Positions 51,068 to 59,422 of a stretch of DNA of 64,000 nucleotides are shown piece by piece (positions within the stretch are counted from its first letter, which is position 1; every line of letters begins with the position of its first letter). The stretch comes from an uncultured virus (IMG/VR IMGVR_UViG_3300010356_001334). Its lineage: Duplodnaviria > Heunggongvirae > Uroviricota > Caudoviricetes. The stretch is from the IMG/VR virus record IMGVR_UViG_3300010356_001334; one strand, written 5' to 3'. The notes under the pieces were generated by a model. The model searched no databases, was not told the DNA's origin, and was given only the letters and a program-made list of their open reading frames with translations. The position numbers and the translations under genes are program-made.

Positions 51068-52588
51068 TTGATTAACCAAGCCACATACCTGAACGCCGCC
51101 ACTGTCGCCAAAGAGCTTGCTGATAAGAATATTTATCTTCAAGCGCGTCCTACTTCTGTTCTAGGTGAATTGCTTGATCTGAGCACTTCAGTTCTTGCTG
51201 AAAATAATACAGATCTTCCTCGCATTCTAGTTAACCCGAATACCCCGAATCAAGTCGCACTGCGTTCAGCAGAAGAGCGCGCAAATGCCGTTCAGTATAC
51301 GACCGGTGACTATCATGAACCGAGTCAGCATTCACTAAAATTAATGGCACTTGCTGAAGACTTGGCTCCTTTTATCACAAGCCATATCTCGCACGCACGA
51401 AACACTGTTGCGCCCTTAGTGGTTGATCTGTCGGATAAGCTTCAGAAATATCTGGATACGGCAAAACCGCTTGACCCGGTCTCATTGTTCGAGATTGAGC
51501 AACGTAGTCTGCCTGCTTTGGTTGTGGATGAGTCATTCCAAGCAGACGGTCTTGAAGCTTATGCTGGAACGGATGCCAAGTACCGCTCATTCCCGCATAT
51601 TCTCGATGTCCCTGAAGAAGATAGCTTCTATCAAGACTTGGTGAACTTGGGTAGTAACCGTTTGAATGGTCTGGTTAATGATTGGCTGAAAACGAAAGAC
51701 CCTTCTTTTATCAAAGCGGTCTATATCGTTAATTTCTCCAATCAACTTGACGCACTTCGTACGGTCAATGGTGGGAGCTATGAAGGTCTGTATGCGTTAG
51801 GTGATCCGGGTGTCGGAAATAACCCCTATGATACGCTTGATCTTGCTTTGGCCATTTACCTTATTGGTACACGTTTAATTTCTAACGTAGTTCCGACCAA
51901 GGGTGTGTCTTTGGTGGAATATAAGAGCGCAATGCGGTCAATGATTGATTATGCAGGTGCTCAGATTCATAAGTCCCTCAAGGCCGTTCAGCGTCAACAT
52001 GAAGCGAATGTGCTCGTAACTGAAGCCATTATCAGTAAAAAGAAGATCGTTGTCAACAAGATCATCTATCGTTCTTGGCTTGAGTCGGGTGGTCAACCTG
52101 AAGTACTCTTAGGCATGCTTGCTAGTGGTGAAGTTCATTACGCAGTAGGTGCAATTGAAGAAGCAAAAGAAAAGCTGCTTCGTCAATGGGCAAACTACGT
52201 GATGCTCTCCCAGACCAACATCAAGGCTGAAATGCATAAGCGTTTCCGTGACTACGCTGAAAACGAAGTCATGATGGGTCTGAATGAACTGACTGATCTT
52301 GAAAAAGAATACGCCCAAAACTGCGTAAACTTTAAAGACCGTGTTCAAGCATTAGTCAATGAAGAGATTGAGCATCTGAGCCATCGTTTAATGGATGATG
52401 TTCATCACACGGCTTTGCATCTAATTGCAAAGGCTCGTTTCTTCTATACCTCTGCTTATTCGATTCTGAATGAAATGGCCACTGTAGCAAAAGACAATCC
52501 CAATATTGATCCGCGTGAAGCGGCACTTCTGAGCGTGATCAGTTATGTGGGTGAGTATTTTGAAGAACAGATTGTCTGCGTGAAATGA
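51068..52588 (+). CDS. Virion structural protein (phiKZ gp177-like by synteny)
   Basis: AAGGAG RBS with TTG start; lies between the RNAP beta gene and the protease. Confidence 0.6.
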   Translation: MINQATYLNAATVAKELADKNIYLQARPTSVLGELLDLSTSVLAENNTDLPRILVNPNTPNQVALRSAEERANAVQYTTGDYHEPSQHSLKLMALAEDLAPFITSHISHARNTVAPLVVDLSDKLQKYLDTAKPLDPVSLFEIEQRSLPALVVDESFQADGLEAYAGTDAKYRSFPHILDVPEEDSFYQDLVNLGSNRLNGLVNDWLKTKDPSFIKAVYIVNFSNQLDALRTVNGGSYEGLYALGDPGVGNNPYDTLDLALAIYLIGTRLISNVVPTKGVSLVEYKSAMRSMIDYAGAQIHKSLKAVQRQHEANVLVTEAIISKKKIVVNKIIYRSWLESGGQPEVLLGMLASGEVHYAVGAIEEAKEKLLRQWANYVMLSQTNIKAEMHKRFRDYAENEVMMGLNELTDLEKEYAQNCVNFKDRVQALVNEEIEHLSHRLMDDVHHTALHLIAKARFFYTSAYSILNEMATVAKDNPNIDPREAALLSVISYVGEYFEEQIVCVK

Positions 52589-53304
52589 CAAAACTTGTTC
52601 GTAATGCCGGGAAGGTCTTGAGTCAGCTCATTGATCTTCCCGGTAAACCTGTGATTACCAAGAGCGCACTGTCAATCCAAGTCCCTGTTCGATTTCGAGA
52701 GATCGAGTTGGCTCAAGTCGGTGCCTCTACGTTTGTCTATGGGTTATTTGCTATTATTCTCGATAGTGGTGAATATGCACTGTGTAATGTCAATGCGTAT
52801 GTCGAGCTTGGACCCGCTTCTGTCGAATTAACAACCATTGATGGTGAAGAATACTATAATTTTAAGTATCTTCCCAATCAAGTTGTGATTAAGACAAAAG
52901 ACTTGGTTTGTCGCGCTAACTTAATCTATAAAGCGATTGAAGAGTTTGTCTTTAAAGGCAAGATTCCTTGGTATGTCGATTATGAAGACATGGGGAAAAT
53001 CTTTGATACGGCTAAGCGTCATGCTCGGACCAGTGCAGAGATCATGCCTAGTGTCGTTGAATTTATGGCGGCCTATATTGCCCGTAGTAAAGAAGATCGT
53101 ACTAAGTATATTCGTGAAGTCTCAAAAGACTATAAAGACTATAGCAAAGAAAACCTTGAATGGGTGCCGATGCGTAGTGTTTACTGGTCTTCCCCTGGTA
53201 CTGTCAATAAGCTCGCTGGCGCCTATTTCTCTGATGGTATCGTAAGCGCTTTGGTTAACCCCAGTGAGCGTGTTGAAAAAATTGAACGTATCTTGAGAGC
53301 CTAA
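52585..53304 (+). CDS. Conserved protein (phiKZ gp176-like by synteny)
   Basis: ATGA overlap; GKIPWY and KLAGAYFSDG motifs. Confidence 0.6.
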   Translation: MTKLVRNAGKVLSQLIDLPGKPVITKSALSIQVPVRFREIELAQVGASTFVYGLFAIILDSGEYALCNVNAYVELGPASVELTTIDGEEYYNFKYLPNQVVIKTKDLVCRANLIYKAIEEFVFKGKIPWYVDYEDMGKIFDTAKRHARTSAEIMPSVVEFMAAYIARSKEDRTKYIREVSKDYKDYSKENLEWVPMRSVYWSSPGTVNKLAGAYFSDGIVSALVNPSERVEKIERILRA

Positions 53305-53307
53305 ATC

Positions 53308-54096
53308 ATGTCAAAAGTCTTCTTCTCGGCAACCAAGTTGCCCATGTTAAAAAAGAAAGGGATCATTAAGCCTGATGCCGATGGTTACTATGAATTGGTT
53401 GTTGGGGGTTTAAATACTCACAATAATACCGGTGCGTGGTATTACACCATCGAAGGCGTTCGTGAGCTCTTTGGCCCTGGTAGTCTTTTACATCGCCGGA
53501 TCGCAAACGGTTGTCTGCGTGCTGAAGTGAATCATCCGAAGAAACGTCCTGGCGAAACCGATGAACGTTTCTTTGAACGCATGCTCGACATCGATCGAGA
53601 TAACGTATGTGCTCACTTCAAAGACCTTTGGCTTGATGAGAACTTTGGACGGAATCATCCAGAGTACAATAACCCGCATCTTGTTGCAATGATGGCAAAG
53701 GTAAAGCCTTCAGAGCCCAAAGGTAATATCCTGAAAGAATCTCTTGAGAACCCCAATGAGAACGTTTGCTTTAGCATTCGTGCTTTAGCAGATGAAGGCT
53801 TTTATCAAGGTAAGCGTATTCGGGTCCTTAAAGAAATTATTGCCATTGACCTTGTTAACGAGGGAGGTTTGCTTATTGCCTCCAAGTGGGACAGTCCTGC
53901 CACTGAAAGTATCGGTAACATTACTGAAGACGATTCTTGTGCAGGTGAAGCTATGCGGATTACTCAATCCATGCTGACACGTATTGCAAACGATACTCGT
54001 GTCGGAATGGCAACTGAGTCTTCTCGTGATGCAGTTGAGTTCCTTTCTCAGAAACACTTTAAAACGGCTTCTAAGCCGATCTATGCTAAGTGGTAA
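53308..54096 (+). CDS. Prohead maturation protease (phiKZ gp175-like)
   Basis: GYYELVVGGLN, EVNHP, CFSIR and D.VNE motifs; C-terminal A-T-E candidate autocleavage sites. Confidence 0.8.
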   Translation: MSKVFFSATKLPMLKKKGIIKPDADGYYELVVGGLNTHNNTGAWYYTIEGVRELFGPGSLLHRRIANGCLRAEVNHPKKRPGETDERFFERMLDIDRDNVCAHFKDLWLDENFGRNHPEYNNPHLVAMMAKVKPSEPKGNILKESLENPNENVCFSIRALADEGFYQGKRIRVLKEIIAIDLVNEGGLLIASKWDSPATESIGNITEDDSCAGEAMRITQSMLTRIANDTRVGMATESSRDAVEFLSQKHFKTASKPIYAKW

Positions 54097-54101
54097 GTCC
54101 T

Positions 54102-54135
54102 ACACAGGAAGAGGCTTTACGGCCTCTTCCTGTGT
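54102..54135. terminator. Palindromic terminator
   Basis: ACACAGGAAGAGGC/GCCTCTTCCTGTGT. Confidence 0.8.
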
Positions 54136-54158
54136 GTTCTAATGTCTTCTGAGATCTA

Positions 54159-54184
54159 TTTTAGCAATATAGATCTTAACTGAA
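54159..54184 (+). promoter_or_regulatory. Candidate phage promoter motif TTTTAGCAATATAGATCTTAACTGAA
   Basis: Recurrent motif lying between a terminator and the SLT gene. Confidence 0.5.
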
Positions 54185-54309
54185 CCTGTTTCTGTGGTTT
54201 TTGTTGCACGCTCTTTAAATAGTTTGAGCATTTTCCTTTAACCCCTTTTTCTTTAAAAAGGAGCAGTATCGATCTACGGATCACGCACGACCTTAAAAAG
54301 GAGTTCCTC

Positions 54310-54633
54310 ATGGCACGTTGTTCTATTCGTTTTATTCTAAGTTGTTTTCTGGCTCTTACTACTTTTCATGCATATAGTGCAAGTAAAGTAGAAGCATTAG
54401 AGAAATACATTTCGAGTGCTTGCAAGACGTCTTGTGTCGATCCAAGTCTTTTGTTGCTATCTGTCAACAAGGCATCAGAAGAACTAGATGTAAACCCTGT
54501 GACGCTTTTGGCAATTATAGAAGTCGAGTCGTCCTTCAAGCATAGAGCGCTAAATAAAACCAATGGAAGGAGTGTGGGTTTATCTCAGATCCAAGTAAGA
54601 TGGCATCGAGATAAATTCACAACAACAAACTAC
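54310..54633 (+). pseudogene. Lytic transglycosylase (SLT) gene, N-terminal part, interrupted by a tnpB element
   Basis: Signal-like N-terminus, AIIEVESSF and GLSQI motifs; the frame then runs into the IS left end. Confidence 0.8.
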
Positions 54634-56091
54634 CTCCGAGAGCGTAAAGCTCTGTCCTTCAGGGCGGAGATGTAAGCGAAGTTGTATTGTATAAAACCTA
54701 TATAACCTCTCTAATGAAAGGAGTAGTGTATGACAGAAACATCTAAGCTCCTGAAGAAGGGGTTTAAGTTTCCTATCTATCCGACTGCTGAGCAACAGGA
54801 ACTCATCGAGCGCACTTTCGGCTGCTGTCGTTATGTCTATAACCGCGCTTTGGCCGAGTCTAAAGAAGACTATAAGACTTATGCTGAGTTGTTAGAAAAA
54901 CGACTCATGGATAAACAAGCACGACCCGATGTTTCAAGCTATGGGTTGGTTAATAAGTTGCCACGCTTTAAACGCGATCCAGATAGCACTTGGCTAAGTG
55001 ACGTTTCAGCTGTCGCGCTCCAGCAGAGCCTGCTTCATCTTGGTGCCGCCTATGCACGCTTTTTCAGAACCAAGCAAGGTTTCCCCAGGTTTAAGTGCAA
55101 GCAAGGTCGACAAAGCTTCTCACTGACAAAAGCTGCCTTTAATCTTCAAGAAAGTGGTCTTTGTATTGCTAAATGCATTACACCCATTAAGGTTGTGTAT
55201 AGCCGACCTCTCCCGTCAACACCGTCGAGTTTGACAATTAGTCGTACACCTTCAGGTAAGTACTATGTCTCTTTCATTTGTGAGTACCAACCAACACCAA
55301 CCTCTGGCACACAGGTTACTGGGATCGATGTCGGCCTTAGTCATCTCTTAGTGCTTTCCAACGGCATCAAAGTCGATAACCCACGTCACTATGTAAAAGC
55401 ACAACAGCGTCTCAAGCGTGCCCAGCAAGCCCTCTCTCGTAAACAAAAAGGATCCCGTAATCGCCATAAACAACGTCACAAGGTAGCCAAACTTCACGAA
55501 CATGTCGCTAACTGCCGACGTGATCATCACCATCAGCTCTCTCGAAAGCTCGTCAACGAAAACCAAGTGATCGGTATCGAGGGACTTCAGGTGAAAAACA
55601 TGATCAAGAATCGTCGACTCTCAAAGCACATCACAGATGCAGGTTGGAGAAGCTTCCGAAGCATGCTGGAGTATAAAACAGTCGAAAGCCAGCACACCAC
55701 ACTTGTCGTGATGGACACCTTCTTCCCGAGCAGTCATCTCTGTGCAGCCACAGGCCAAAAGCTTGATCGTAAGCTTCTACTTAGCGAGCGTAGCTGGGAT
55801 TGTCCACACTGCGGCCAGCTTCATGATCGTGATGTGAATGCAGCTCAAGTTATCGCAACTGAAGCACTTTTTGCAGTGAGTCAATACCCTATCGATGTTG
55901 TGCGTGGAAAGATCCTGCTGGCTAATGCACGATCTGCTTAGGGAGAAGGATTTGTCAATAATCAACACCGCGATGACACGCGGTGTCAGCCCATGGAGCG
56001 CTCTTGTGCAGTCAGACATCGCGATGAAGTGGGAAGGGGACTCCGTGAGGACCCTAGGAATCCCTGTCCTTTAGGGCAGGGAGGATGTCAA
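54634..56091 (+). mobile_element. IS200/IS605-family tnpB-only element (left boundary about 54631-54634)
   Basis: Left hairpin AAAG-CTCTGTCC-TTCA-GGGCGGAG; right hairpin GAAT-CCCTGTCC-TTTA-GGGCAGGG ending TCAA; no tnpA. Confidence 0.85.
54730..55941 (+). CDS. tnpB: RNA-guided endonuclease TnpB (element 1)
   Basis: HTH IYPT..Q..FGCCRYVYN; RuvC GIDVG, IEGL and DRDVNAA; C-terminal CPHC. Confidence 0.93.
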   Translation: MTETSKLLKKGFKFPIYPTAEQQELIERTFGCCRYVYNRALAESKEDYKTYAELLEKRLMDKQARPDVSSYGLVNKLPRFKRDPDSTWLSDVSAVALQQSLLHLGAAYARFFRTKQGFPRFKCKQGRQSFSLTKAAFNLQESGLCIAKCITPIKVVYSRPLPSTPSSLTISRTPSGKYYVSFICEYQPTPTSGTQVTGIDVGLSHLLVLSNGIKVDNPRHYVKAQQRLKRAQQALSRKQKGSRNRHKQRHKVAKLHEHVANCRRDHHHQLSRKLVNENQVIGIEGLQVKNMIKNRRLSKHITDAGWRSFRSMLEYKTVESQHTTLVVMDTFFPSSHLCAATGQKLDRKLLLSERSWDCPHCGQLHDRDVNAAQVIATEALFAVSQYPIDVVRGKILLANARSA

Positions 56092-56111
56092 GTTCCTAAA
56101 GTCTTAAAAGC
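55942..56111 (+). ncRNA. Predicted omegaRNA of TnpB 1 (guide GTTCCTAAAGTCTTAAAAGC from 56092)
   Basis: Structured region from the tnpB stop to the right end TCAA; the guide is the 3' flank, as established for TnpB. Confidence 0.65.
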
Positions 56112-56145
56112 GCACAGTCGTATCGCGAACTTGAAACTTCATTAA
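56092..56145 (+). pseudogene. C-terminal remnant of the SLT gene (VPKVLKAHSRIANLKLH*)
   Basis: Y-V-x-K-V is the typical SLT C-terminal helix; in frame with the N-terminal part; followed by a hairpin. Confidence 0.7.
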
Positions 56146-56155
56146 ATGTATTTTA

Positions 56156-56183
56156 AGGTCTAGAGGCTAAAGCCTCTAGACCT
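56156..56183. terminator. Palindromic terminator
   Basis: AGGTCTAGAGGC/GCCTCTAGACCT. Confidence 0.8.
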
Positions 56184-56200
56184 ATGTCTGTTTAAAAAGT

Positions 56201-56225
56201 TTTTTAGTCATATATATCTTACATG
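56201..56225 (+). promoter_or_regulatory. Candidate phage promoter motif upstream of tnpB 2
   Basis: TTTTTAGTCATATATATCTTACATG, similar to the motifs at 29771 and 54159. Confidence 0.5.
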
Positions 56226-56257
56226 CCATTCTTACAGAAACTAAAACCGGAGAAACT

Positions 56258-57460
56258 ATGACTCAAAATCAAAAGCCTCTGGTCAAAGGCTTTAAGTGCC
56301 GTATTTATCCAACAAAAGAACAAAAAGACTATCTTCAAAAAGTCTTTGGTTCTGCTCGGTTTATCTATAACCATCTTTTAGCTGAATTAAAAGATGAATA
56401 TGAAAACTATAAAAAAGACCAAAGCATTCAAAGAACACCAATAAATAAAATATCATTAGCCTATAAACTGCCTTCTTTAAAACAAAAAGAAGAATATCAA
56501 TGGTTAAACGATGCCCCTGCACAAGTTCTTCAACACGCCAGTGGTCAACTTGCAGAAGCCTTTTTAAGATTCTTTAAATCAAAGATTGGATATCCTAGAT
56601 TTAAATCTAAACACGGTCGACAATCTGTAACGTTTAGTAATCAAATCTATTCAATCGATGGCAATAGACTCAAGCTACTAAAATGCAAATCTTTGTTTAA
56701 AGTTAAGCTTCATCGAGCATTACCGTCATCTGGTTTAAAATCATGCACAGTCAGTAAAACTCCAAGTGGAAAGTATTATGCTTCGTTTTTATGTGAGTAT
56801 ATTCCAGAGAAAACATCAGGAACTGGTTTTCTTGGCATTGACGCAGGCATTACTGACTTAGCAACACTTTCAAACGGACTTATTCTTCTAAACCCAAAGC
56901 ACTATGTTAAACAACAATACAGACTAGCGCAACTTTCAAGACGCCTAACTCGTAAACAAAAAGGATCAAAAAATCGAAATAAAGCTCGACTTAAAGTTGC
57001 TAGACTTCATGATCACATAGCTAATCAGCGCTGTGATTACATGCATAAGTTCACGACAAGCGTCATACGCGAAAACCAAGCTGTCGCCATCGAGAACTTG
57101 CAAATTAGAAACATGATCAAAAACAGACGACTCTCTAAACATATTGCTGACGCAGCATGGGGTGAGATGAGACAGCAATTGGCTTATAAAGCTATTGCTA
57201 GTCAAAACTGTCTTCTTGTTATTGCTGATCCGTATTATCCGAGTACTCAACTTTGCCATAGATGTAACACAAAACCAAGTCAGAAAATTAAACTCGGCGT
57301 GACAAAGTGGGTATGTGAATACTGCGGAGAAAAACATCAGCGTGATCATAATGCTTCTTTGAATCTTGAAGTCCTGGCAAGATCTTACTATTATCAGCAA
57401 AAGAGAAATGGAGAAATTGCTAGTATTATTTTAGCCAAACCTTATTCTCCGTTAATTTAG
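56258..57460 (+). CDS. tnpB: RNA-guided endonuclease TnpB (element 2; no IS left-end hairpin seen)
   Basis: RIYPT..Q..FGSARFIYN; RuvC GIDAG, IENL and QRDHNAS; zinc finger CHRC...CEYC; GGAG RBS. Confidence 0.93.
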   Translation: MTQNQKPLVKGFKCRIYPTKEQKDYLQKVFGSARFIYNHLLAELKDEYENYKKDQSIQRTPINKISLAYKLPSLKQKEEYQWLNDAPAQVLQHASGQLAEAFLRFFKSKIGYPRFKSKHGRQSVTFSNQIYSIDGNRLKLLKCKSLFKVKLHRALPSSGLKSCTVSKTPSGKYYASFLCEYIPEKTSGTGFLGIDAGITDLATLSNGLILLNPKHYVKQQYRLAQLSRRLTRKQKGSKNRNKARLKVARLHDHIANQRCDYMHKFTTSVIRENQAVAIENLQIRNMIKNRRLSKHIADAAWGEMRQQLAYKAIASQNCLLVIADPYYPSTQLCHRCNTKPSQKIKLGVTKWVCEYCGEKHQRDHNASLNLEVLARSYYYQQKRNGEIASIILAKPYSPLI

Positions 57461-57473
57461 TTAAGATCTTTAG

Positions 57474-57590
57474 TCAAACTACCGTAGGGTATACGGGAAG
57501 TCAAGCCTGTGGAGAAGATCGTGAAGTAGGCGACTCGATGAAGCAGGAAGATCTGAAGTCTGGACCATACCACATCTTAACTGAATGATA
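57474..57590 (+). ncRNA. Predicted omegaRNA copy 1 (scaffold 57474-57573; guide ATCTTAACTGAATGAT...)
   Basis: TACCGTAGGG..CGGGAAGTCAAGCCTGTGGAG...GATGAAGCAGGAA is typical of tnpB 3' RNA; the terminal CCAC can pair with GTGG (pseudoknot). Confidence 0.75.
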
Positions 57591-57631
57591 CGCTAGTATC
57601 AATTTTAACAAAGCCCTGAAAGGAGAAAATC

Positions 57632-57835
57632 ATGGCTGCTATTCTTATTGTCATCGGATACTTCGCAGTTATCCTGAGTATTACGATGCTGTCGATGAAA
57701 CTGGTCAGGACAAAAATCATTCGAACTTTGTTCATTGGACTGGGTTTGCTCCCAAGTATTCAACTCATTATTCTTGGGGTCTTACTGGTTGAACTATATG
57801 GACAACGCGCTCTTAAAGGAGTTCATCATGAATAA
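57632..57835 (+). CDS. Small membrane protein
   Basis: AAGGAG RBS, two TM segments. Confidence 0.65.
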   Translation: MAAILIVIGYFAVILSITMLSMKLVRTKIIRTLFIGLGLLPSIQLIILGVLLVELYGQRALKGVHHE

Positions 57836-57944
57836 GGTTAAAGCTCTTTGCAAGAATGGCAATGGTCTTGTTCGGTCGGTCCTTCTGATCACCGCTGGTG
57901 TCAGTGTCTGGATGTGGCAAATTGCCACCATCCTTGACAAATAA
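57828..57944 (+). CDS. Small membrane peptide (38 aa)
   Basis: AAGGAG RBS before ATG 57828. Confidence 0.5.
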   Translation: MNKVKALCKNGNGLVRSVLLITAGVSVWMWQIATILDK

Positions 57945-57961
57945 AAAATCATCAAATGTCA

Positions 57962-57996
57962 GGAGAGGTTTTAAACCTCTCCAGCTTTTTCTTTTT
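57962..57996 (+). terminator. Intrinsic terminator
   Basis: GGAGAGGTTT/AAACCTCTCC followed by a T-run. Confidence 0.7.
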
Positions 57997-58009
57997 GAGG
58001 ATTTAATAA

Positions 58010-58186
58010 ATGCCTTCAAAATCAGAGAAACAAAAGAAGTTCATGGCGGCAATTTGCCACGATGAAGAGTTTGCTAAAAAGAACCACATTGATCAAGAAG
58101 TCGCGTGTGAGTTCTTTGAGGCAGACAAACAAGAAGAAAAGAAGAAACAAGAAAGTGTTGTTGAGAAGTGGTCTAAGAAGTCTTAA
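58010..58186 (+). CDS. Small phage protein MPSKSEKQKKFMAA... (58 aa; absent from the ORF track)
   Basis: GAGG RBS; resembles a widespread small phage family MPSxSxKQxxFMAA. Confidence 0.65.
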   Translation: MPSKSEKQKKFMAAICHDEEFAKKNHIDQEVACEFFEADKQEEKKKQESVVEKWSKKS

Positions 58187-58227
58187 AACGCGTTCTGTGC
58201 CATTTTAATTGATCTAAGGGGTCTGTC

Positions 58228-58638
58228 ATGCTCAAAGAGCTTAATAACGCCATTGGTGGCGCCTATGTGGCTTCTCATTGTGTTTCTCGTCGTGTTGATC
58301 TAGCTGGGATTCGATATGTCTCAGCATCTGATCAAGTTTGGCCTTTTAATCCCAAACTCTATGTAGAACCGATTGAAGTCGACAGTATCATCTACACAGG
58401 AGTCTACACTCTCCTTAAAGAAGATGTCGTTGATGAAGATCAATATAAACTTTCAAACTCTGAAGGTCAATATCATCTTGGAACAAAACTGGTGATGTTG
58501 AAAAACGATCTTCATCTTCAGATTTTTGATGGTGAAGATGCTTGGCACGAATTCATTCCGAAAGGAAGTCAGGTTGCTAAAGTGCTTCGAAATGGTCGAG
58601 TATATTGGGCAGTGATCTATGCTCAAATCATCCATTAA
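58228..58638 (+). CDS. Hypothetical protein
   Basis: AAGGGG RBS, 136 aa. Confidence 0.6.
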   Translation: MLKELNNAIGGAYVASHCVSRRVDLAGIRYVSASDQVWPFNPKLYVEPIEVDSIIYTGVYTLLKEDVVDEDQYKLSNSEGQYHLGTKLVMLKNDLHLQIFDGEDAWHEFIPKGSQVAKVLRNGRVYWAVIYAQIIH

Positions 58639-58709
58639 GAGACCCTGCTCTTAGAAAAAAGATAACAGTGTACATCTCTAGTGAGGAAAGCAAGTTATAC
58701 TAGCAATTC

Positions 58710-58826
58710 TCAAACTACCGTAGGGTATACGGGAAGTCAAGCCTGTGGAGAAAATCGTGAAGTAGGCGACTCGATGAAGCAGGAAGATCTGAAGTTTAGA
58801 TCATGCCACATCTCTATTGAACGATG
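58710..58826 (+). ncRNA. Stand-alone omegaRNA copy 2 (scaffold 58710-58809; guide ATCTCTATTGAACGAT...)
   Basis: 95 of 100 nt identical to 57474-57573; no adjacent tnpB. Confidence 0.75.
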
Positions 58827-58955
58827 CTACCACACATCGCTTCAGTTCTTTCTTAAAGAGTGGCTTGAGCTCAACACTTTTTAATGGAAGATTTTCTTAA
58901 CGCAAGTAGTTTCCTGTGGCAATCTGCCATAATACCATAAATGAAGGAGTAATCT

Positions 58956-59408
58956 ATGTCCCGCGCAAAACGTGATGAGAATCTGGTCAACGCCATCGCT
59001 TCGTCGCTGTCCAAGGTAACCGATGGTGTGATCTCGTCGGACGGTGATGTCTTTAACAGCAATCTGCCGGAAGGTCTGACTCCGGAAACGGTTGAAGCAG
59101 TTTCCAACTATACCACGGCTTTCGTTGCCAGTGGTCTGGAAGCGGTTGGTAAGGCCGCAGTGTCTGCCATGGAAAAAGACAAGAAGCTGAATAATGTTTC
59201 GGCTGAAATTCCCATGGGCGCTTTCGGTAGCGTCGGTTACGGTGTAACCCGTAGTCGTGAAGCTGTGGTTCCGGGTACGGACAAGACCACAACGGTCTAT
59301 GGCGGCACCAAGGCAAATGTGGCTTTTGTGGCTGGCAAGAACGCTGGTCAACTGGCTGCTGCTAAGCGCTCTATCAAAGAGATGGCTGAAGAAGCACTGA
59401 AGAAGTAA
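58956..59408 (+). CDS. Conserved, probably highly expressed jumbo-phage protein
   Basis: GAAGGAG RBS and host-like codon bias. Confidence 0.7.
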   Translation: MSRAKRDENLVNAIASSLSKVTDGVISSDGDVFNSNLPEGLTPETVEAVSNYTTAFVASGLEAVGKAAVSAMEKDKKLNNVSAEIPMGAFGSVGYGVTRSREAVVPGTDKTTTVYGGTKANVAFVAGKNAGQLAAAKRSIKEMAEEALKK

Positions 59409-59422
59409 TCTGTTCTGATGAC

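Noticed and set aside
54634..56091. IStron (group I intron fused to an IS605 element)
   Set aside because: Only about 95 nt lie between the left end and tnpB, and no P, Q, R or S core elements are present.
56258..57460. Nuclease-dead TnpB-derived repressor (TldR)
   Set aside because: The RuvC D, E and D residues are all present in both TnpBs.
57474..58809. CRISPR array
   Set aside because: Only two 100-nt copies, 1.2 kb apart and separated by genes; no repeat-spacer periodicity and no cas genes.
58681..58884. 67-aa ORF over scaffold copy 2
   Set aside because: No RBS; it overlaps the RNA scaffold, so a non-coding role explains the sequence better.
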